Shown: piece by piece, positions 8,203-14,476 of the stretch
How the letters are laid out: every line of letters begins with the position of its first letter
Numbering within the stretch: position 1 is the first letter of the stretch
Source: an uncultured Actinomycetes bacterium
GTDB lineage: Bacteria > Actinomycetota > Actinomycetes > S36-B12 > CAIYMF01
NCBI GenBank assembly: GCA_963798745.1
Contig: CAWCUF010000007.1
Location: 85,496 to 109,495, forward strand
DNA length: 24,000 nucleotides
Direction of reading: 5' to 3'
Program-made: the position numbers and the translations under genes
The notes under the pieces: generated by a model
Told to the model about the DNA's origin: nothing
Database searches by the model: none
Seen by the model: only the letters and a program-made list of their open reading frames with translations

Positions 8203-8401
8203 TTCTGAATCCTCTCCTCGAGCGGTCTGAACTTCTGCGGTCTTCTGTGGCGAGGTTCGCCATCTTCGCTTCGGTCTGGATCGGTGTGCCCGATCGCCTC
8301 CGATTCCGTCAGCATAGGGCTACGCTGCACACATGTCCAGCACAAATGTGCCGCAGTCTTCCGGAACGGGTGCCCAGGTCCGCGCCGCTAGGATCGGGGG
8401 G

Positions 8402-9379
8402 ATGACAGCGCCAATCTCCGAGGAGGACACCGAACCCCTCATGACGGCCGCCGTCATGTACTACGAGCAGTCGGCCTCGCAGCAGGAGATCGCCGACCGC
8501 CTGGGCATCAGCAGGCCCTCGGTGAGCAGGCTGCTGCAGCGCGCCCGCGAGGTGGGCATCGTGCGCATCGAGATCGTCCCGCCCGGGGTCGACCAGGAGT
8601 TGGTCGCCCGGCTCCAGGCGCGCCTGGGTTTGCGTGCACTGCATGTGGCAGCGGGTCGAGCCAACCAGGCTGATCCCGGGCCCCTGCTGTCCGGTCCGTT
8701 CGGCGACGCCCTGGACAACACGGGGGTGGGCAGCGGCGACGTGCTGGTCTCGTCGTGGGGACGTGCGGTCTACAGCGTGAGCCGGACCTTGCGCAGGTCG
8801 ATCCCGGGGCTGGTGGTGGTCCCCGCGATGGGTGGCAATGCCAGCGACCGGCCCTGGTTCCAGCCGAACGAGATCGTGCGCACCCTGGCTCGCGCGCTCG
8901 AGGGGCAACCGGTCTACCTGAACGCTCCTGCGTTCGTGTCCGCCCGGCTGGTAGCGCCGCTGCGGGCGGAGCCGGAGATCCGGGAGGTGGTGCACCTCTG
9001 GGACGCGGCGAAGGTGTCGGTGGTGGGGGTCGGGGCCTGGCCCAAGCCCGACCCGAGCTACGCAGCTGCGGGCTTCCCGATCGACGATCCGGCGCGGTCC
9101 GGAGCAGTCGGGGACGTCGCGGGCTGGTCGTTCACCGTCGACGGGCGGATCGTGGCGCACCCCGACGACCGCGTCCTGCTCGGCGTGACGCCCGGGCAGT
9201 TCCGGGCGATCGGACACTCCATCGGCCTGGCGGGCAGCGCCAGCAAGGCCAGGGCGGCCATCGGCGCGATCCGGGCCGGGCTCATCAACGTCCTGGTCAC
9301 CGACGCCCCGACCGCTCGGGCCATGGACGCGTTCCTGGATGCCGAGCCTCCCCACGAGGACGTCGCTGCCGCCAGCTGA
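8402..9379 (+). CDS. SorC/DeoR(Bsu)-type sugar-binding transcriptional regulator
   Basis: AAVMYYEQSASQQEIADRLGISRPSVSRLLQRAREVGIVRIEI is the SorC-family HTH, followed by a sugar-phosphate-binding domain. The start is placed at ATG 8402 because codons 8333-8401 are compositionally poor (third-position G+C 17/23, with rare codons). An alternative start is 8333. Confidence 0.85.
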   Translation: MTAPISEEDTEPLMTAAVMYYEQSASQQEIADRLGISRPSVSRLLQRAREVGIVRIEIVPPGVDQELVARLQARLGLRALHVAAGRANQADPGPLLSGPFGDALDNTGVGSGDVLVSSWGRAVYSVSRTLRRSIPGLVVVPAMGGNASDRPWFQPNEIVRTLARALEGQPVYLNAPAFVSARLVAPLRAEPEIREVVHLWDAAKVSVVGVGAWPKPDPSYAAAGFPIDDPARSGAVGDVAGWSFTVDGRIVAHPDDRVLLGVTPGQFRAIGHSIGLAGSASKARAAIGAIRAGLINVLVTDAPTARAMDAFLDAEPPHEDVAAAS

Positions 9380-9446
9380 TCACCCCCCGCGGCGCCCACC
9401 CTGCCTCCCGAACCGTCGCTGCGGCCGCCCGCCGCGCCCGCCTCGC

Positions 9447-9480
9447 GCCCGCCCGCCACCGCCCGCCCGCCACCGCCCGC
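9447..9480. repeat. 14-bp tandem repeat GCCCGCCCGCCACC, about 2.4 copies
   Basis: Exact copies occur at 9447-9460 and 9461-9474, with a partial copy at 9475-9480. The minus strand reads G3-C-G3-CGGTGGC-G3-C-G3, a G-quadruplex-type motif. It lies within a strongly C-skewed tract (about 9380-9590). Confidence 0.8.
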
Positions 9481-9594
9481 AGCAGCGTTGGCACTCGCCA
9501 GCGCCCGGCCCGCCCCGCGGGGCCCGCCAGGGCCATCCCGCCGGAACCGCGCACCTCGCCCGCCCCGCCTAAGCCCGCCCGGCCGGGCCGTGGC

Positions 9595-9675
9595 GAATCC
9601 CTCCAAGTTTGCTGGGCTCCCGGAGGATCCCTCCAAGTTTGCTGGGCGATCTCCGCCGCAAACTTGGATCGATCG
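9595..9675 (+). repeat. composite hairpin repeat, copy A (forward, forward, inverted units)
   Basis: GAATCCCTCCAAGTTTGCTGGGC (9595-9617) and GGATCCCTCCAAGTTTGCTGGGC (9625-9647) are 22/23 identical. GCAAACTTGGATCGATC (9658-9674) is the inverted partner, giving an 11-bp perfect stem 9632-9642 / 9658-9668. Confidence 0.8.
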
Positions 9676-9722
9676 TGGCCTTGGCCGTGGCCGTGGCCGT
9701 GGCCGTGGCTGTGGCTGTGGCG
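9675..9722. repeat. hexanucleotide microsatellite (GTGGCC-like), 8 units
   Basis: The units are GTGGCC TTGGCC GTGGCC GTGGCC GTGGCC GTGGCT GTGGCT GTGGCG. The array is non-coding and immediately follows repeat copy A. Confidence 0.9.
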
Positions 9723-9887
9723 CGGTGGTGGGTGCCGCGCGGGGCAGCACGGGGGGAGCCGCACGTGGGATGGCGCGGGAGTGGTCTGCGGGGAGTCGGC
9801 GCGGGGATCGCCAGCGCAGCTCCGCCAGGAAGGGGCGTTCGGCGTGGCGCACATCACATGCGGACCGCCTCAGGTGCCCGCCCGGAG

Positions 9888-9893
9888 TAGAAT
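9888..9893 (+). promoter_or_regulatory. candidate -10 hexamer TAGAAT for the small membrane protein gene
   Basis: It matches the actinobacterial TANNNT pattern and lies 28 nt upstream of ATG 9922, with RBS GAGGAG (9911-9916) between them. No convincing -35 element was found. Confidence 0.3.
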
Positions 9894-9921
9894 TCGCGGT
9901 ACACCGCACCGAGGAGTCGCC

Positions 9922-10086
9922 ATGGGATCGATCTACTCCGGGCGGGCCGCCCAGCCCACCAACTTCTCCGGTGCCGTCAAGGTGCTGTTCGGCCTAGCCC
10001 TGCTCGCACTGATCGTGTACCTGGTGGCCACCTACGCGGGCGCGGAGCTCGGTGGCACGGTCGTCGGCTGGTTCCGCCGCTTCTGA
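9922..10086 (+). CDS. small membrane protein (54 aa, one TM helix)
   Basis: GAGGAG lies 5 nt upstream of the ATG. The sequence is MGSIYSGRAAQPTNFSGAVKVLFGLALLALIVYLVATYAGAELGGTVVGWFRRF. This is the only part of the 443-aa track ORF with coding-like composition. Confidence 0.65.
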   Translation: MGSIYSGRAAQPTNFSGAVKVLFGLALLALIVYLVATYAGAELGGTVVGWFRRF

Positions 10087-10190
10087 CCCGCACGCCCACG
10101 CACGTCCCGCCACCGCGCCCGCAACGGACCGCCCCCGCCCACGCCTTGCGCCGGCCCCCAACTCCTCACGGATCTCGAGCGCCCCCGCCC

Positions 10191-10763
10191 TCAGATCGAG
10201 CGCACGACCCGCGCGGGGTTGCCCACGGCCACGACACCGTCGGGCAGGTCCTTGACGACCACGGCGCCCGAGCCCACGACCACGTCGTCGCCGATGGTCA
10301 CGCCCGGGCTGACGATGACCCCGCCCCCGAGCCAGACCCGCCGCCCGATCGTGATCGGGAAGCCCAGCTCGCGCCCGGACAGCCGCTCGGTCGGGTCGAC
10401 CGGATGGGTGGCGGTGAGCAGTTGCACGCCGGGGCCGAACATCGTGCCCGCCCCGATCCGGATCTCCGCGACGTCGAGCATGACGCAGTGGGCGTTGGCG
10501 TAGAACCCGTCGCCGAGGTGGATGTTCATCCCGTAGTCCACGTGCAGGTTCGGCTCGATCTCGAACGTCGGGCCGGCCGAGCCGAGCAGTTCGCGCATGA
10601 TCGCCTGGCGCACCTCGACCTGCGCCGGGGGGGTGTGGTTGTACCGGAACTCCAGCGACCGGGCGCGTTCGCGGGCCGCCGTCAACTCCGGATCGCTGGG
10701 CAGGTACAGCTCGCCGGAGATCATCCGCTGGTACTCGATGCCCGTGGGCAGGGGTGCGTTCAT
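10191..10763 (-). CDS. maltose/galactoside O-acetyltransferase family (left-handed beta-helix hexapeptide repeats)
   Basis: MISGELYLPSDPEL...ERARSLEFRYN is the Maa N-terminal domain. Hexapeptide repeats follow: IGAGTMFGPGVQL, ITIGRRVWLGGGVIVSPGVTIGDDVVVGSGAVV. Confidence 0.88.
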   Translation of the reverse strand: MNAPLPTGIEYQRMISGELYLPSDPELTAARERARSLEFRYNHTPPAQVEVRQAIMRELLGSAGPTFEIEPNLHVDYGMNIHLGDGFYANAHCVMLDVAEIRIGAGTMFGPGVQLLTATHPVDPTERLSGRELGFPITIGRRVWLGGGVIVSPGVTIGDDVVVGSGAVVVKDLPDGVVAVGNPARVVRSI

Positions 10764-10791
10764 GGGTTCAGTCCTACCATCCCTGCGCCGT

Positions 10792-10797
10792 TAGGGT
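10792..10797 (+). promoter_or_regulatory. candidate -10 hexamer TAGGGT placing the transcription start at or near GTG 10804 (leaderless mRNA)
   Basis: The TANNNT hexamer ends 6 nt before GTG 10804. There is no SD sequence, and only 40 bp separate the two divergent start codons. Confidence 0.3.
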
Positions 10798-10803
10798 GCG
10801 CGA

Positions 10804-11511
10804 GTGGCGGTTCTCGGGTGGCTCAGGCCGGCGCGCACGGTGCCGGTCACCCGTTGGCGTGCCCCAGGGCGCTGGTCGGCCTCGCCGGGCAGCTTCCTGG
10901 TGCTGATCGCCGGGCTGTACGCGTTCGGCACCGGGGAGGCGCTGATCGTGGTCGGCGGGCTCGGCGTGAGCCCGTGGACGGTCCTGGCCCAGGGCCTGGC
11001 CACGATCCTGCCGATGTCGATCGGCGCGGCGACGTTGCTGGTCAGCGCCGGGGTGCTGCTGGTCTGGCTCCCGCTGCGCGAGCGGCCAGGGCTGGGCACG
11101 ATCGCCAATGCGGTGATCATCGCGCTGGCCCTGCAGGTCGGGGTGTGGTTGCTGCCGGAAGCGCACGGCGTGACCACCCAGCTCGGCTTCGTGCTGGTGG
11201 GGATCGCGCTGGTCGGGCTCGGCAGCGGCTTCTACCTGACCACCAACCTCGGCCCCGGTCCGCGCGACGGGATGATGACCGGGCTGCACCAGCGCACCGG
11301 CATTCCCGTGGGTCGGGTCCGGATGGGCATCGAGGTGGTCGTCCTGGGCGTCGGCTGGCTGCTCGGCGGCACCGTCGGGGTCGGCACCGTGCTGTTCGCG
11401 CTGCTGATCGGCCCCTCGGTGGCCCAGGGCCTGGCCATCGCCGGGACACTCGGTGGGTTCCCCGGCGCGGCGTCGATCAGTGAGGAGGAGTTCCCCGAGC
11501 TCGACGCGTAG
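10804..11511 (+). CDS. YczE/YitT-like integral membrane protein
   Basis: GEALIVVGGLGVSPWTVLAQGL, GLGTIANAVIIA, GFYLTTNLGPGPRDGMMTGL and GWLLGGTVGVGTVLFALLIGP match the YczE-type membrane family pattern. Confidence 0.75.
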   Translation: MAVLGWLRPARTVPVTRWRAPGRWSASPGSFLVLIAGLYAFGTGEALIVVGGLGVSPWTVLAQGLATILPMSIGAATLLVSAGVLLVWLPLRERPGLGTIANAVIIALALQVGVWLLPEAHGVTTQLGFVLVGIALVGLGSGFYLTTNLGPGPRDGMMTGLHQRTGIPVGRVRMGIEVVVLGVGWLLGGTVGVGTVLFALLIGPSVAQGLAIAGTLGGFPGAASISEEEFPELDA

Positions 11512-11521
11512 CCTGCCGGTC

Positions 11522-12895
11522 ATGACCGACCACGTCGACCCGCATGAGGAGGATGCGGACGGGCACGGCCTGCGTGCGCGCGCCCGTCGAGCGGTCGGCG
11601 CAACCGTCGGCCGAGTCACCCAGACCGTCGGCGACGTGGCCCTGGACATCACCGGGTCCACCGCCGAGCAGGTGATCGAGGACCTCGAGCCCTACCTGGT
11701 CGAGGAGGCGATCCCCCGGATCCTCGACGGCCTGACCCCGGCGCTGGTCGAGGACCTGCTGCCACGGATCCTCGCGGACCTGCGTCCCTACCTCGAGGCG
11801 GAGCTCGTCCCGGGCGTCGTCGACGCCCTCGTGCCGCACCTGGGCGATCAGGTCGCCCCCGAGCTGCTCGAGACCCTGATGCCCACGATCCGCGACGAGA
11901 TCGCCCCGAACCTGGTACGGGCCCTCATGCCCATGATCGAGGCAGAGGTCGCCCCCCCACTTGTGGACGCGCTGCTGCCCAAGATCCGCGACGAGATCGC
12001 CCCCGAGCTGGTCGACGCGCTGCTGCCCAAGATCCGGGCCGAGGTCGTGCCGCTGATCCTGGAGGACATCGTCGACGACCCACGGGTGCGTGACCTGATC
12101 CGCGAGCAGAGCCAGGGGCTTTTCCTCGACGCGCTGGAGTCCCTGCGCGAGAACATCGCAGACCTCGACAATCTGGTGGAGAACGTCGGGCGTCGGCTGG
12201 TCCGCCGCCCGGCCCGGCCCGAGGCGCCGTCCGGGCTCGCCCTGGTCCTCGAGGCCAGCGGTCGTGGTGATCGCTCGGCCACCCGGGTGACCCTGGACAG
12301 CCTGGCCGAACAGCGACGTGCCTGGCGGGCGATGCCCGTGCCGCCGGCACCACCGGGCCGGGAGTTCGCCCACGCCGGGGTGGTCACCCGGGCCCTGGCG
12401 CTCGCCTTCGACGTCGCCCTCGTCGGGTGGCTGGTCAGCCAGGCGCTCGCCGCCGCGGTCAACCTGCTGGAATCGCTCATCTCGCCGATCCCGACGTGGT
12501 TGGTGGTGACCATGAGCCTGCTGGGCGCCTCGTTCGTGCCGTTCTACATGGGCCTGGCCTGGTGGCTGACCGGGCGCACCCTGGGTGATTGGCTGGTCGG
12601 CACGCGCGTGTGCACCCCCGACGGGCGCAATCCCTTCTTCTGGCGCGCGATGGCCCGCAGCTGGCTGGGCTCCCTGGGCGTGATCGTGTGGGTGGCCACC
12701 GGCGTGCTGAGCTTCTTCGATCCGAGGCGACGGACCCTGCTCGACCGCATGCTGCACACCGAGGTGCGCACTGTGGTGCCCGAGGACCAGCAGCACCGCT
12801 ACGTCCGCGAGGCGGTGCACGTCCGGGCCGAGGCCCAGCGCGCGCAGGCCGGGGCGCAGCTCGGCCAGGAGGGGCCGTCCTCAGCCGCACGTTAG
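11522..12895 (+). CDS. RDD-domain membrane protein with N-terminal 16 x octapeptide Pro-repeat array
   Basis: The C-terminal RDD domain reads GVVTRALALAFDVALVGW...3 TM...RRTLLDRMLHTEV. ATG 11522 lies just after the yczE-like stop. The upstream part of the track ORF (from 11453) overlaps the previous gene and is Arg-rich, so it looks non-coding. Confidence 0.85.
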   Translation: MTDHVDPHEEDADGHGLRARARRAVGATVGRVTQTVGDVALDITGSTAEQVIEDLEPYLVEEAIPRILDGLTPALVEDLLPRILADLRPYLEAELVPGVVDALVPHLGDQVAPELLETLMPTIRDEIAPNLVRALMPMIEAEVAPPLVDALLPKIRDEIAPELVDALLPKIRAEVVPLILEDIVDDPRVRDLIREQSQGLFLDALESLRENIADLDNLVENVGRRLVRRPARPEAPSGLALVLEASGRGDRSATRVTLDSLAEQRRAWRAMPVPPAPPGREFAHAGVVTRALALAFDVALVGWLVSQALAAAVNLLESLISPIPTWLVVTMSLLGASFVPFYMGLAWWLTGRTLGDWLVGTRVCTPDGRNPFFWRAMARSWLGSLGVIVWVATGVLSFFDPRRRTLLDRMLHTEVRTVVPEDQQHRYVREAVHVRAEAQRAQAGAQLGQEGPSSAAR

Positions 12896-12978
12896 CGCCC
12901 CCTTGGGTGCTGCCGACCGGGGCCGGCGAGCGGTCTCGGTAGCCTGCTGGCATCTGTCCGGTCCGTCCAGGAGGTCCC

Positions 12979-14175
12979 ATGTCCGAGCACATCGAGCCGC
13001 TGCCGCAGGACGCGATCCTGCTGCACGTCGGGTTCCACAAGACCGGGACCACCGCCCTGCAGTCGGCCTTCGCCAGCACCCGGAGCCAGTTGCGCGAGGC
13101 GGGGGTGCTCTATCCCGGCGTCCTGCGCTCGCACCACCGTGCCGCGATGGCGGTCACCGATCGCACCTGGGGGTGGGGCGACAAGGGAGGTCGGCCCCCC
13201 CGTGCCAAGTACTGGAACGACCTGGTCGCCGACAGCCGCGGGCACGCCGGTCGGGTGATGATCTCCAGCGAAGCCCTGTCGCTGGCCAAGGCAGCCCACC
13301 TGGATCGGATCATCGAGGACCTCGGCGCCGAGCGCCTGCACGTGGTCAGCACGCTGCGGCCGTTCACCAAGCTGCTGTCCTCCTCCTACCAGCAGTACCT
13401 CAAGTACGGCCTGGCGATGCCGTACGGCCAATGGCTGGAGAGCGCCTTCGCCAACCCGCCGGAATGCCCCCCGTCGCCGAACTTCTGGCGCCGCAACGAC
13501 CACGCCGGGGTGATGGAGCGCTGGGCCAAGCGGCTCGGGCCCGAGCGGGTGCGCCTCGTGGTGCTCGACGACGCCGACCGCAACGGGTTGTTCCGCACGT
13601 TCGAAGCCCTGCTCGGCCTGCCCGAGGGACTCCTCGTCCCGGACCCGGAGATCGGCGCCAGCAACCGGTCGATGACCGCGGCGGAGGCCGAGCTGCTTCG
13701 GCTGGTCAATGAGGGCGGGGCCAGCGAGTGGGACTGGCCCGCCTACCAGGCCGGCGTTCGACGCGGGGCGGTGCTGCGGATGGTCGAGTCCCGCCGCCCG
13801 GCCCGCGACGAGCCCACGCTCGCGACCCCCGAATGGGCGGTCCATTCCGGCCAGGAGTTCGGCCGGGCGACTGCCGAGCGGGTGACAGCGCTCGGGATCA
13901 CCGTGCACGGCGACCTCGCCCGCCTGTCCGACCCGATCCCGGCCGGAGACCCACCCGACCACGTGCTCCTGCCGGTCGAGGCCGCGGCTGAGGCTGTCCT
14001 CGGTGGCATCCTCGGGACGGCCGCCGACCTGCCCAGCAGGGCCGATCTCGACGAGGCCAACCACACGGCCATCGAGGGGCTGAGCACCCGGGACACCGCA
14101 GCGCTGCTGCGCAAGCGCCTGGGCCAGGCCCGCCGACGGCGCATGTCCAAGCTCCGCGGGGGTGCGCGCCGGTAG
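12979..14175 (+). CDS. sulfotransferase-fold-like P-loop protein (function uncertain)
   Basis: AGGAGG lies 5 nt upstream of the ATG. The N-terminal motif LLHVGFHKTGTTALQ resembles the PAPS 5'-phosphosulfate-binding loop of sulfotransferase-family proteins. The rest of the protein I do not recognise. Confidence 0.55.
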   Translation: MSEHIEPLPQDAILLHVGFHKTGTTALQSAFASTRSQLREAGVLYPGVLRSHHRAAMAVTDRTWGWGDKGGRPPRAKYWNDLVADSRGHAGRVMISSEALSLAKAAHLDRIIEDLGAERLHVVSTLRPFTKLLSSSYQQYLKYGLAMPYGQWLESAFANPPECPPSPNFWRRNDHAGVMERWAKRLGPERVRLVVLDDADRNGLFRTFEALLGLPEGLLVPDPEIGASNRSMTAAEAELLRLVNEGGASEWDWPAYQAGVRRGAVLRMVESRRPARDEPTLATPEWAVHSGQEFGRATAERVTALGITVHGDLARLSDPIPAGDPPDHVLLPVEAAAEAVLGGILGTAADLPSRADLDEANHTAIEGLSTRDTAALLRKRLGQARRRRMSKLRGGARR

Positions 14176-14250
14176 CCATGGCGCGCAACAGCACCCCGCT
14201 GGCGGCCATACTCGCGCACAGGCCACACGGGGCCGCGGAAGGGGATCTGG

Positions 14251-14433
14251 ATGGCGGGCAAGTTCGAGCTCTACACCGACAACGCTGGCAAGTTCCGGTT
14301 CCGGCTCAAGGCCAGCAACGGACAGGTCATCGCAGCCAGTCAGGGCTACGCGACGCGCAAGTCCGCCCTTGAGGGCATTGCCTCCGTGCGCAACAACGCC
14401 CCGCAGGCCCCGATCGTGGAGGTCCACGAGTAG
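14251..14433 (+). CDS. YegP/DUF1508 (UPF0339) family protein, single domain
   Basis: The sequence is MAGKFELYTDNAGKFRFRLKASNGQVIAASQGYATRKSALEGIASVRNNA. RBS GGAAGGGGA lies 5 nt upstream. Confidence 0.85.
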   Translation: MAGKFELYTDNAGKFRFRLKASNGQVIAASQGYATRKSALEGIASVRNNAPQAPIVEVHE

Positions 14434-14476
14434 CACGACGGCGGTCCGGTCCGTCCACAGATGGCATGCTTGTCCG

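Noticed and set aside
8206-8245. Similarity of GAATCCTCTCCTCGAG…GAACTTCTGCGG upstream of mtlA to the repeat unit.
   Set aside because: The GAATCCTCTCC part is simply the complement of the mtlA Shine-Dalgarno sequence (GGAGAGGATTC). The rest of the match is short and gapped.
9595-9647. Possible mini-CRISPR (23-bp repeat with 30-bp period).
   Set aside because: There are only two direct copies, with a 7-bp spacer, and no cas genes. The third copy is inverted, so this is a hairpin element and not an array.
8755-10086. 443-aa ORF spanning the SorC-type gene 3' half and the repeat tract.
   Set aside because: It is out of frame with the SorC-type gene and reads through the repeats as low-complexity sequence. 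Only the last 54 codons (from ATG 9922, which has an RBS) look coding.
12956-12969. Exact 14-mer GTCCGGTCCGTCCA upstream of two start codons (12956-12969 and 14444-14457).
   Set aside because: A single 14-mer recurrence is within chance expectation for 24 kb of strongly G+C-biased sequence. The spacing to the two starts also differs (9 nt versus 19 nt).
14162-14476. N-terminal extension of the GH3 ORF back to 14162.
   Set aside because: It overlaps the end of the previous gene and all of yegP in another frame and is Arg/Ser-rich. The lipoprotein signal peptide begins at ATG 14477.
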